A stretch of 64,000 nt of DNA from a virus (IMGVR_UViG_3300028128_000337:1-64000), one strand, 5' to 3'; shown: positions 49,502-59,037, counted from the first letter of the stretch. Notes: generated from the letters alone by a model not told the origin. Numbers and translations are program-made.

Positions 49502-50119
49502 ATGTTTACAAGTACAAAAATTATTGAATTAGGTAGCTGTGCGTTCAGACAACCTAATGCAGATTCTCATTGCAGGTTTCTGCATGGTTATAGGTTAACA
49601 GCTAAGTTTTGGTTTAGATCTGAAAAATTGGATGATAATAACTGGGTTGTTGATTTTGGTGGATTGAAGGATCTAAAGAAACAATTACAGAAGCAATTTG
49701 ATCATACTACATGCATATCCAGAACAGATCCAAAGCTAGACATTTTCAAGAATATGAGAGATGCTGGTGTGTGTGACTTGAGAGTCATGGACGGTGTTGG
49801 TATCGAAAAATTTGCGGAATGGTGTCATGATGCGGCTGATGAATTTGTCAGTTTGACGACTGATATGAGATGTAGGTGTGTGGCAGTTGAAGTGTTTGAG
49901 CATGAGAATAATTCTGCAATCTTTAGCACTCCGGTGGAGAAGCTCACACCAGCCAAACAAGAGGATGTTTTTTCAGTTCCGGAACAGGAGAAAGGTGTAG
50001 TGGTTCCAGAAAATGCATTTTCAGTACCTGTTGAACCAGGAAAAACACCAGCTCCGTTGAATTGTAAGAAGAGTACTAGCTGGATAGACAAGGAATCTAC
50101 CAACACATGGGGACTATGA
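49502..50119 (+). CDS. queD: 6-carboxy-5,6,7,8-tetrahydropterin synthase
   Basis: HCRFLHGY, WVVDFGGLK, FDHT, VEVFEHENNSA; about 60-aa C-terminal extension. Confidence 0.92.
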   Translation: MFTSTKIIELGSCAFRQPNADSHCRFLHGYRLTAKFWFRSEKLDDNNWVVDFGGLKDLKKQLQKQFDHTTCISRTDPKLDIFKNMRDAGVCDLRVMDGVGIEKFAEWCHDAADEFVSLTTDMRCRCVAVEVFEHENNSAIFSTPVEKLTPAKQEDVFSVPEQEKGVVVPENAFSVPVEPGKTPAPLNCKKSTSWIDKESTNTWGL

Positions 50120-50907
50120 CACAACACAAACCAATACCAACATCATTAGATTTATCTGAGAGTTTCTACTCTGTTCAATGCGAGGGTAACACAACAGGTT
50201 ATCCAGCGTATTTCATACGATTGAAATCATGTAACTTAATGTGTGGTGGGAGAAATGGCTCGTTGATGGACACCGGTGAGGCTACATGGTGGTGTGACAC
50301 TGAAGCTGTGTGGCGGAAGGGATTAGAGAAGCCCTTTTTCAAGTTGGTTCAACAATGGGAGGAAGAGAAGATTGATCAGTGGATATACAATGGTAGAGTG
50401 CATTTGATATGGACTGGTGGTGAGCCTACCATACCTAAGCACCAGCGAGCTATTCCTGCGTTCAGTGAATTTTTGAGACAACATGCCTTCAATCAACACA
50501 ATATAGAGCTCAACACTTTTGATGAAATTGAAACAAACGGTACGTTGGTTATCCAAGATCAATTATTCTATATGTTGGATCAGATCAATTGCTCGGTAAA
50601 GCTGGCCAATAGTGGTATGGCAGAGAACAGGCGTATTGTACCGGCAGCCCTAGAAAAGATAATGTCACATGATAATTACTGGTTCAAGTTCGTGATCAGT
50701 ACAGAAGAGTGTCTTAAGGAGATTGAGAGAGATTTCATCAAACCATTCAACATACCACACGATAGAGTGATGATGCAACCGGGTCTAGATAGACAAGAGA
50801 ACTACCACGAGAGGACTCGTTTCACCCTAGAGATGGCTAAAAAGTATGGTTATATTGGATTGTCTAGATTACATGTGTCAGCGTGGGACAAATTGACTGG
50901 CGTTTAA
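50116..50907 (+). CDS. queE: 7-carboxy-7-deazaguanine synthase (radical SAM)
   Basis: ESFYSVQCEG..G.PAYFIRL..CNLMC..WCDT, TGGEP, IETNGT, FKFVI, RLHV..W. Confidence 0.93.
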   Translation: MTQHKPIPTSLDLSESFYSVQCEGNTTGYPAYFIRLKSCNLMCGGRNGSLMDTGEATWWCDTEAVWRKGLEKPFFKLVQQWEEEKIDQWIYNGRVHLIWTGGEPTIPKHQRAIPAFSEFLRQHAFNQHNIELNTFDEIETNGTLVIQDQLFYMLDQINCSVKLANSGMAENRRIVPAALEKIMSHDNYWFKFVISTEECLKEIERDFIKPFNIPHDRVMMQPGLDRQENYHERTRFTLEMAKKYGYIGLSRLHVSAWDKLTGV

Positions 50908-50930
50908 CATATGTGTAACTAAATATTATC

Positions 50931-51635
50931 ATGAGACTATCAATATCAGGTACCGCAGCACAAGGTAAGACAACACTGCTAGATTCATTTTTAAACCAAT
51001 GGGAGATGTACTCTACACCGGAGATTAATTACCGAAAATTGTTGAAATCCGATACCCATAGCAAAAATACTAACAAAGAGACACAATGGTCCATTTTGAA
51101 TCATATGATTGATCAGATTGAAACCTATGATGAGAAGGCTAATGTTATATTTGACAGATGTCCTCTGGATAATCTAGTGTATACCATGTGGGCATGTCAC
51201 AAAAAAGTGGGAGACATTGATGATGCGTTTGTTGAGAAGTGTATTCCTATTGTGAAAGAATCTATGAAGTTTCTGGACATAATCTTCATCATACCCATAA
51301 CGAATGTAGCTCAGAGTGATATCGAGGATGATGGTAAAAGAGAGACAGACTCTGAGTATATCAGTGAGATTGATAATTTTTTTAAAGCTCTATATAACAA
51401 TTGGAACAGTGAAGATACTCGTTTTTTTCCAAAAGAAGATCGCGCAGCATTGATCGAAATATTCGGTACAACACAGGAAAGATTGAAGATGTTAGAGTTG
51501 TATGTCACTACAGATGGGGGTATGTATGGTGATGAAGACACGTTAGTTGACACTAATATGCTGTTTGATGAGTTTGGTTACCCTTTGCTACCGGACGACC
51601 AATTTGAAGATTCCGGTAACAAGACCTATAAATAA
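50931..51635 (+). CDS. P-loop nucleotide kinase-like protein
   Basis: ISGTAAQGKTTL; IFDRCPLDNLVY; EDDGKR. Confidence 0.75.
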   Translation: MRLSISGTAAQGKTTLLDSFLNQWEMYSTPEINYRKLLKSDTHSKNTNKETQWSILNHMIDQIETYDEKANVIFDRCPLDNLVYTMWACHKKVGDIDDAFVEKCIPIVKESMKFLDIIFIIPITNVAQSDIEDDGKRETDSEYISEIDNFFKALYNNWNSEDTRFFPKEDRAALIEIFGTTQERLKMLELYVTTDGGMYGDEDTLVDTNMLFDEFGYPLLPDDQFEDSGNKTYK

Positions 51636-51641
51636 CTATAT

Positions 51642-51896
51642 ATGAAACAATTCAATGAGCGTTTAGATGACATAACAGAAAATTACGGGCTGTTCAAGAC
51701 CGTAGTCAGAGAAAGATACCCAAGTAAGTTAAAATTGAGTGAAGAGTTTGTTGAAAGTTTCAAGCGCGAGTTTCAGAGTCAAGTAGACCCACTATACACG
51801 GAAGATGAAGACGGTGTACAAGTTTTGAGCAGAGAGGCTCGTGATCCTAAAAGAGTGTTGAAAGAGTTTCAAAAAGCTCTCAAGTTTTTGATTTAG
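51642..51896 (+). CDS. Small late protein with capsid-targeting-like leader
   Basis: TATAAATA upstream; MKQFNERLDDITE. Confidence 0.6.
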   Translation: MKQFNERLDDITENYGLFKTVVRERYPSKLKLSEEFVESFKREFQSQVDPLYTEDEDGVQVLSREARDPKRVLKEFQKALKFLI

Positions 51897-52179
51897 GTTT
51901 CTTAACCAACTGGTCACCGGTCTTCGTCAGGCGGTCTCCCTTCTCATAATTTTTACCAGAGTTAGTCACCCTTATCTGTACAACTCTACCAGGCATGTTG
52001 TTTTGATTTTTCACCTTGTCACTATCCATATGCGGTAATCTTATAACCTTCTCTACATCACCCTCAGAGCCACCATGCTCACATTCACCGTTTATATTTT
52101 TGACATGATCTCCTTTTTTGAGTTTGCTCGCTAATGTCTCTTGTATATGCTTGTTGAATCTCTCTTGAAATAATGACAT
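51880..52179 (-). CDS. Small late protein with capsid-targeting-like leader
   Basis: TAAATA 5 nt upstream; MSLFQERFNKHIQE. Confidence 0.6.
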   Translation of the reverse strand: MSLFQERFNKHIQETLASKLKKGDHVKNINGECEHGGSEGDVEKVIRLPHMDSDKVKNQNNMPGRVVQIRVTNSGKNYEKGDRLTKTGDQLVKKPKSKT

Positions 52180-52187
52180 GTAATTAT

Positions 52188-52949
52188 TTATTGTTCTCCT
52201 AGTTTCTTAACAATAAACTTTAACATTTCACTTCTCATGATATCATCATCTGTAAATTTAAAACAAAACACACCATTCTCTTCACTCTCATTGTCATTAA
52301 ACGTGTTGTATATGTCTCCAAACCCAGAGCGAGCACCAATATCCGCCTGCAGTGTGTCACCTATCACGATCATGGTGCTATCCTCTCCGAATCTCGTAAG
52401 AATGGTCACTAGTTCGCTCTTGGTCAAATTTTGTGCTTCATCCACAATCACAACACTATCCTTAAATGTCAGACCACGTACATAATTGACAGGCACCGCT
52501 TTGACTATGTTATTGTCAAACAATGTAGAGATTGTAGAGCTAGATACCAATTCACTCAGTTTTTCTTGTAATGGTAGTGTCCATGGTAGAAATTTATCAT
52601 CCACCTCTCCTGGAAGGCTGCCCATGCTCTTACTCGCACTCTCTATTATGCTTCTAATGTACACCACCTCATCCACACGATGAGCCTTGAGCATGTGTAA
52701 TGCGATGTATGCAGCGCAGTATGTTTTCGCGGTACCAGCGGGACCATCAACGAACGCGATTTTGGTCGCCGGATTGAAGCACAGTTCAGTGAATGATTTA
52801 TGTACTGAGGTTAGCTTGTATTTAGCGCTGATCTTGAAACTCCTGTCCATTGTATTGCCGGTGACAATCTCTGGTAGTTCTTCAATTTCTGAATCCTTGC
52901 GACTCTTTGTAGATATAGCTCGTTTGTATGAGGTTTTACGTTTGGTCAT
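52188..52949 (-). CDS. phoH: PhoH-family ATPase
   Basis: GPAGTAKTY, G.LPG...K, YVRGLTF, IVDEAQN, LTRFG, GDTLQAD, DIMRS. Confidence 0.95.
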   Translation of the reverse strand: MTKRKTSYKRAISTKSRKDSEIEELPEIVTGNTMDRSFKISAKYKLTSVHKSFTELCFNPATKIAFVDGPAGTAKTYCAAYIALHMLKAHRVDEVVYIRSIIESASKSMGSLPGEVDDKFLPWTLPLQEKLSELVSSSTISTLFDNNIVKAVPVNYVRGLTFKDSVVIVDEAQNLTKSELVTILTRFGEDSTMIVIGDTLQADIGARSGFGDIYNTFNDNESEENGVFCFKFTDDDIMRSEMLKFIVKKLGEQ

Positions 52950-52996
52950 TTATAATATATATGGATTTATTGTGACTAATCAATTATAATATATGT

Positions 52997-53773
52997 ATGT
53001 CAATTGGTATCGCTATAATTACATGTGATAGATTACCCATGTTCAAGGTGTGTGTAAAATCTATTGTTGATACACATGGCGATGTGAGTAGTATCGTGGT
53101 AGTTAATGATGGTGATGATATAGTACCTGATGGAGATTATACTGTCATCAATAATGATACAAATGTTGGTGTGGGTGAATCAAAGAACAAAGCCATATCA
53201 CATTTAATTGAGTTAGGCTGTGAGCATCTGTTCATCATAGAGGATGATGTAATGTTTATTTCAACACACACTATTGATCGGTATCTAAAGCTATCTGAGT
53301 TGAGTGGAGTCAAGCATTTTAATTTCTGCTTGCATGGTGATGCGAACAAGCTGCTGGACAAACCAGCTCCGAAATTAATAGTTGATTACAATGATGTTAA
53401 AATGGCGTTGTATCATAATGTGACTGGTGCGTTGAGCTATTATCATAGTAGTGTTATAGAGGAGTGTGGAGTTATGGATACTAATTATATGAATGCAATG
53501 GAGCATGTTGATCACACTATGAGAATCATCAATGCTGGTTATCACCCTCCCTTCAGGTGGTTTGCTGATGTAGCAGATAGTGACATGTTGATAGGAGATC
53601 AGGATCAAAAATTAACATCTAGCAAGATACGTAAGGAGGCGGATTGGCAACGCAATTTCCAATTCGGTGTGAGTAGGTTTCAGAAAAAATATTCAATCAA
53701 TGTGTGTGACCCGGATGAACCTCAAGCAAATAAACAACAAGTTATAGACTATCTCAGGAGTGTACGCAAGTGA
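52997..53773 (+). CDS. GT2-like glycosyltransferase
   Basis: IAIITCDR, VVVNDG, NVGVGESKN, FIIEDD, EHVD. Confidence 0.85.
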   Translation: MSIGIAIITCDRLPMFKVCVKSIVDTHGDVSSIVVVNDGDDIVPDGDYTVINNDTNVGVGESKNKAISHLIELGCEHLFIIEDDVMFISTHTIDRYLKLSELSGVKHFNFCLHGDANKLLDKPAPKLIVDYNDVKMALYHNVTGALSYYHSSVIEECGVMDTNYMNAMEHVDHTMRIINAGYHPPFRWFADVADSDMLIGDQDQKLTSSKIRKEADWQRNFQFGVSRFQKKYSINVCDPDEPQANKQQVIDYLRSVRK

Positions 53774-54516
53774 AAGCTCTCACACTAGTCACGTGTTCTT
53801 ACAACACACCAATTGTATTGCAACGTTGTTTGAAATCGTTTCACATCACTCACCCCGGGGAAGATCATCGTGTGTTGGTGATGGAGAATTCGACAGGTGA
53901 TGACACAATTACATTTCTACAACAAAACAACATTAATTACATTTCCAATCCAAACATGTCACACGGAAACGCCGTGAATTTAGCGATAGATCGTTGTGAA
54001 ACAACCTATATGTTGTTGGTTGATTCGGATGTCATCTTCAAGCGAGACACACGTGACATGCTGGATCAAGCCATGCTATTAGATGTGACTTTAGCAGGTA
54101 GAATAGAGGGAGACCGTGGGGGGAAACGTATACACAAGAGGGTTCACCCATGGTTCTGTTTGATTAACACCGATCACTTGAAAGAGTGTAATATTTTGTT
54201 TAATGATGAGCAAAAGATGAAGTCCAATGGTGAGCGAGACATCATATATGATGTTGGTAGTTCAATGTTTGAGGAAGTCCGGGCCGCGGGTCTTAAAATC
54301 GCTCATATGAACATCGAGGGTGTTTACTTTGATCATTGGGAGGGGTTGAGTTGGTATACGAATAAATACAACCCTAACCCGGGACGCACCAGCATAGACT
54401 TCAGTGGAACACATGATGACGTCGGATTGTTTGAGCATGGGAAGAGAAAAATCAGCACGTATCTCAACAATACTAAATACTTGGACGTGGTTGACCTGGC
54501 TGGGGTGTTCGTGTAA
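53770..54516 (+). CDS. GT2-like glycosyltransferase
   Basis: SYNT, VMENS, HGNAVN, LLVDSDV, YDVG. Confidence 0.85.
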   Translation: MKALTLVTCSYNTPIVLQRCLKSFHITHPGEDHRVLVMENSTGDDTITFLQQNNINYISNPNMSHGNAVNLAIDRCETTYMLLVDSDVIFKRDTRDMLDQAMLLDVTLAGRIEGDRGGKRIHKRVHPWFCLINTDHLKECNILFNDEQKMKSNGERDIIYDVGSSMFEEVRAAGLKIAHMNIEGVYFDHWEGLSWYTNKYNPNPGRTSIDFSGTHDDVGLFEHGKRKISTYLNNTKYLDVVDLAGVFV

Positions 54517-54529
54517 ATATATATTGATT

Positions 54530-55270
54530 ATGAAAATTAGTGTGATAATATCCTCATATAATCAAGCGTCCAGGTTACGATACTGTTTAGATAGTGCTGT
54601 AAGCATGAGGACCAAGTTTTCAGATGAGATTGAGATAATTGTTGCTGATGATAACAGCACTGACGGTTCTGTCAAGTTGATCAAGCAATACCCTGTTAAA
54701 TTGTGGAGTAGTACTCGTGGTAAATCTGACAAATACACATTAGCTGCTAATTGGAATGATGCTATAAACAACATGGCTACAGGAGATAGAGTGATATTCA
54801 CAAATGGTGACCACATATTGACAACTTGGTTTGCTGATCACCATGCAGATCCGGAGCTCCAACCCAACATTATATTCGGACCCGGATATCAAACCAGCCC
54901 GGGGGTGGAACAATATATAAGCTCAGACAATGAATATAAACAACTCATGCAGATATGTGAAGGTAGGAAACTGTTATTACCGGATCGCCATGTCGAGGGA
55001 AGTGCCATGACGTACAACAAAGAATGGTCTTCAGACTTCCCATACGGTTACAATTTTTCAGTGATGAGAGAACACTTTGACCATGTCGCGGGTTTCACTG
55101 AGATTGAACACTGGGGTGGAGAAGAGAAAGATCTGTGTGATAGGATCCGATTGGAATTTCCAGACACGAGAATTGTTTCAAACAAAAATAGTGTTTGTGT
55201 GCATCTGTATCATCAACCTTTCAATTTGATGAACAGAAACTCCGGGAAATTGAGTAAATATAATTTCTGA
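54530..55270 (+). CDS. GT2-like glycosyltransferase
   Basis: ISVIISSYNQ, IIVADDNSTDGS, NGD, WGGEEKD, HLYH. Confidence 0.88.
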   Translation: MKISVIISSYNQASRLRYCLDSAVSMRTKFSDEIEIIVADDNSTDGSVKLIKQYPVKLWSSTRGKSDKYTLAANWNDAINNMATGDRVIFTNGDHILTTWFADHHADPELQPNIIFGPGYQTSPGVEQYISSDNEYKQLMQICEGRKLLLPDRHVEGSAMTYNKEWSSDFPYGYNFSVMREHFDHVAGFTEIEHWGGEEKDLCDRIRLEFPDTRIVSNKNSVCVHLYHQPFNLMNRNSGKLSKYNF

Positions 55271-56070
55271 TGATAAGTTTTTGTAATCAAGTCTACAATG
55301 AGGCAGATGGTATCGGCAGGTACCTTGACAGCTGCTTACATTTCACTAACATCATCGATCAGGTGCATGTAGTCAATCACAGGTCAGATGATGACACACA
55401 ACACGTGATCGACAGTTACAAAGACCAATACACAGACGCGAGAATCAAGCTGACCACAAGGTTTGAAGATAGAGATTTTGCGAATGATTTCTTGATTGCG
55501 GATCTGTTTGGTGAGACGGTTGAGGATTGTGACAATGAAATTGTTTTCAGACATGATGCTGACTTCATTTTAGGACCAGGTTATATCGATTTAATTGATA
55601 TGTGTGTTAATTTTTTGTCACGTGAGAGTGTTTATGCTGTTGGATACGAGATACCTTGTGTGGGTGATAGTTTGAGTGTTGTTGATAATGTTGTTACAAG
55701 TTATGGTTATTGTAATCTACATTCACCGGTGCCTCGGGTGTTCAAGAAATCAAAAACTGTTTGTAGGCAAGATCACTTTGGTGGTAAATATGAATTTTTT
55801 TATCCGACAGACATCAAATGCTCACAATGGATTGAGATGGAGTATGTTAAAGATTCACTAATATCAGTTAATATTAAACCTGATGAGCGGATGAAACAGC
55901 GTGAAACAATGAACACCTACATGAAGGATATTGTTGATGGAGTTGAACACGATAATTGGATGGATTGTGATGATCTGAAATCAGAGATTGAACCACAGAA
56001 TAGACCATCACCCACAGGCTTTGATATACATAATCTACATCTACTCTACACAAATTTAATCTTACCATGA
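55270..56070 (+). CDS. GT2-like glycosyltransferase
   Basis: VYNEA..I..LDS, RSDDDT, HDADF, PRVF. Confidence 0.75.
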   Translation: MISFCNQVYNEADGIGRYLDSCLHFTNIIDQVHVVNHRSDDDTQHVIDSYKDQYTDARIKLTTRFEDRDFANDFLIADLFGETVEDCDNEIVFRHDADFILGPGYIDLIDMCVNFLSRESVYAVGYEIPCVGDSLSVVDNVVTSYGYCNLHSPVPRVFKKSKTVCRQDHFGGKYEFFYPTDIKCSQWIEMEYVKDSLISVNIKPDERMKQRETMNTYMKDIVDGVEHDNWMDCDDLKSEIEPQNRPSPTGFDIHNLHLLYTNLILP

Positions 56071-56106
56071 AATACATTACGCTAGTTTAGGGAGGTTTAA
56101 TTTATA

Positions 56107-56847
56107 ATGAATTTCTGTTTCATCATACCGGTATATAATTTTAACAATTATATTGTTAGGTGTATAGACTCTATCAAGTCACAGGCGTATAAAAACTGGA
56201 GAGCCATAGTTGTAGATGACTACAGTTCAGATGGATCGTCTGAGCTTATCAAATCTAATATTGATGATAGATTCACATACATCAAAAATGATGTCAGAAT
56301 GAGACAGGCATACTCTCGCTACATAGCATACACACAAGCATCAGATGACGAGATTTGTGTGATGTTGGATGGTGACGATTGGTTGTTTGATCCAGACGTG
56401 CTGACCAAGCTTGACTCACTATACACCAGTAAGCCGGGGTTGAATGTCACGTACGGTGGTCATGTAACATTTGAAGATAATTGCGTTCGAGGGGTTATGC
56501 ACGCTACTGATAATTTTCCGGAGAGTGTAATAGTAAAAAATTCATATCGAGAATATAACTGGATTTCTCAACACATGAGAACAGTCAGAGGGGAGATCAT
56601 CAAAAGTATACCGGTGCATCATTTGAAATACCAAGGTGAATGGTTACGTGGTGCCACAGATCAAGCAGAGATGTTTTATGCTCTAGAGCGAAGTGATGGC
56701 AGACACTGTAACAATGGATTTCCATGTTATGTGTATAACATTGATTCTTCAAAACAATTCGATTCATCCTGGTTCAACAAGCACTCAGCTGAATGGAGTA
56801 AGTACTATAATGATGTTAAACAACATTTGAGGAATATATATTTATAA
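56107..56847 (+). CDS. GT2 glycosyltransferase
   Basis: IIPVYN, CIDSIKSQ, VDDYSSDGS, MLDGDDWL. Confidence 0.9.
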   Translation: MNFCFIIPVYNFNNYIVRCIDSIKSQAYKNWRAIVVDDYSSDGSSELIKSNIDDRFTYIKNDVRMRQAYSRYIAYTQASDDEICVMLDGDDWLFDPDVLTKLDSLYTSKPGLNVTYGGHVTFEDNCVRGVMHATDNFPESVIVKNSYREYNWISQHMRTVRGEIIKSIPVHHLKYQGEWLRGATDQAEMFYALERSDGRHCNNGFPCYVYNIDSSKQFDSSWFNKHSAEWSKYYNDVKQHLRNIYL

Positions 56848-56859
56848 TATAAACATATC

Positions 56860-56955
56860 ATGAATAACAAACCGATATACGTTTCAGTCGCTAGCATCTG
56901 TCAGAGACAGTCTAATCTCAGTGATATAAAGCACTTTAAAGGTAATAAATATTGA
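56860..56955 (+). pseudogene. Probable internally deleted glycosyltransferase remnant (31 aa)
   Basis: MNNKPIYVSVASICQRQSNL... resembles a GT-A first strand; stop overlaps the next ATG. Confidence 0.4.
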
Positions 56956-57608
56956 TGAATACAAAACAAATAAGTTGGTGCACAGGACTGTTGAATAGGT
57001 TGAGATTTCCATTACCGGATGGCCAGTATTTAAAATTATATGAGAACAATATTAGATCGTTACTAGATTTAAAAACATCTGATGAAGACTGGTGTTTTTG
57101 TGTTGCAGATTATGAATCCACTGATATGAATGTTGATAATTTTTTTGTTGAATTACAAAGAGAGTACGGTGACAAGGGTGTGTATTTTGATTACAGAACA
57201 GCCACCATACCACAAGAAAAATTCACCCGAGGAGGCGCTAGAAATGAAGCATACAAATTGGCTGATTTTGATACATTATTTTTTCTAGATGCGGATATGT
57301 TATTCACTGGTCGTGAAGTTGTAGAATCAATATACAAACACACACATAACGGACTCGCGTATTTTCCTGTATGTTTGAGTTACAAAAACCGTGCTCATAC
57401 AGAACACTATCAAAGAAATACCGGGAAAGGAAATGTCGGGTTGTCACGTGAAACTTACAGATTAAACACTAAAGGGTGGTTTGAGAAAAAAACATGGGGC
57501 AAGGAGGATGATATGATTTTCGATTTCTATAACAACAGAAAAATTGTAGTTCGTGATTGTACTGGTTCTTTTTTTCATCAATGGCACCCAGACCAAAGAT
57601 CTAAATAA
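56955..57608 (+). CDS. GT-A glycosyltransferase (GT7 C-terminal / chondroitin synthase-like)
   Basis: FTRGGARN, FFLDADM, YFPV, WGKEDD, FFHQWHP. Confidence 0.8.
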   Translation: MNTKQISWCTGLLNRLRFPLPDGQYLKLYENNIRSLLDLKTSDEDWCFCVADYESTDMNVDNFFVELQREYGDKGVYFDYRTATIPQEKFTRGGARNEAYKLADFDTLFFLDADMLFTGREVVESIYKHTHNGLAYFPVCLSYKNRAHTEHYQRNTGKGNVGLSRETYRLNTKGWFEKKTWGKEDDMIFDFYNNRKIVVRDCTGSFFHQWHPDQRSK

Positions 57609-57617
57609 TACCTCTAA

Positions 57618-58400
57618 ATGGTACATGTAAATAAAATTAATCATATCTATTATTACAATAAATGTAATTGTCGTAATAATTATAATTTCGGTGATTTTAT
57701 TACTCCATATATATACAAAAAAATAAACAGAGTAGAAGCAATTTACAGTCAAAAGGAGAGGCATGTCTTGGGTGCCGGTAGCATTTTACACCGGTCCAAT
57801 GCAAATTCAATCATATGGGGCACGGGATTTATTGTTGGTAACGAGCGGAAAATTAAATCACATAAAATATTATCAGTTAGAGGTAAGCTTACTAGACAGA
57901 GGCTTGTAAATACTGGCATTCAATGCCCAGAATTATACGGAGACATAGGTTTAATATTACCACACTTCTATAAACCTAATATTGAGAAGAAATATAAATT
58001 AGGTATAATACCACATTATATTGATGTACCTACATTCAACAAAACCGGTTATATGAAGGATAACACTATTATTATAGATGTTACTGATCCAATAGAAACT
58101 GTTGTGAGTAATATTCAATCTTGTGAATATACAATATCTAGTAGCCTGCATGGTATTATTGCTAGTCATGCATATAATGTTAGGTCAATGTGGATTAGAA
58201 TGTCAGATTTAATTGTGGGTGGTAATTTTAAATTTAGAGACTACTATAGTTCTGTAATCGAGAAGGGTTGGGAGGATTTGTTACCTTACACATACAAAGA
58301 GCCTATAGCGATAGATGATATGATAGACCTTATTAATAATTATCCTGATCCAGTATTTCCAATAAACACAAGATCTATTTTAGATTTATGCCCTTTCTAA
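57618..58400 (+). CDS. Polysaccharide pyruvyltransferase (ExoV-like)
   Basis: NFGD, GSIL, WGTG, SVRG.LTR, LGIIPH, SSSLHGII..HAY, FKFRDY. Confidence 0.88.
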   Translation: MVHVNKINHIYYYNKCNCRNNYNFGDFITPYIYKKINRVEAIYSQKERHVLGAGSILHRSNANSIIWGTGFIVGNERKIKSHKILSVRGKLTRQRLVNTGIQCPELYGDIGLILPHFYKPNIEKKYKLGIIPHYIDVPTFNKTGYMKDNTIIIDVTDPIETVVSNIQSCEYTISSSLHGIIASHAYNVRSMWIRMSDLIVGGNFKFRDYYSSVIEKGWEDLLPYTYKEPIAIDDMIDLINNYPDPVFPINTRSILDLCPF

Positions 58401-58419
58401 CATTTAACTATTTATAAAC

Positions 58420-59025
58420 ATGTTGTTGAATGTTATTTTTGTACCGATAAATAAGACAGGTTGTACCTCCGTGAGACATGTTGTAGATAAATATAACTTT
58501 GTTAGTATATGTGTAGATCGCCCGGTGAGTACTACATGTAACGAGAAAAATTATATTAGGAGGTGCGAGATTGATTCAAATAAATGGAAGTCATCCTTTA
58601 AATTTTCGTTCGTTAGAAATCCGTACGACAGATTAGTTTCTGCATGGTCACATAAGATTATACGTGATAAGCACAAACTACGTGAGCTACCATTTAAAAA
58701 ATTCATTGAACAGCATCTAATCAACATGGATGTAGATTTTAATACCTTTAATATTACTAACAATGCGTTTGTACATCATTTCAGCTCATTAATGAATCCT
58801 AAATACTGCGTTGAAGAACTTGATTTCATAGGGAAATTTGAGTCTTTTCAAAAAGATTTTAACACAGTATGTAATATAATAGGAATACCGACACGACGCT
58901 TGCCACGTACAAATTCAACTAAACACAAACACTACACCGAATACTACGATGATGAGTCACGACAAATCGTTGCGGAAAAATATGCAAAAGACATTGAGTA
59001 TTTCGGATATGAGTTTGGAGATTAG
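58420..59025 (+). CDS. Sulfotransferase (family 2)
   Basis: KTGCTS PAPS loop, FVRNPYDRLVSAW, DFIGKFE, DIEYFGY. Confidence 0.9.
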   Translation: MLLNVIFVPINKTGCTSVRHVVDKYNFVSICVDRPVSTTCNEKNYIRRCEIDSNKWKSSFKFSFVRNPYDRLVSAWSHKIIRDKHKLRELPFKKFIEQHLINMDVDFNTFNITNNAFVHHFSSLMNPKYCVEELDFIGKFESFQKDFNTVCNIIGIPTRRLPRTNSTKHKHYTEYYDDESRQIVAEKYAKDIEYFGYEFGD

Positions 59026-59037
59026 ATTATAAAAACA

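Noticed and set aside
52188-52949. phoH as a novel auxiliary gene
   Set aside because: Very common in aquatic T4-like phages.
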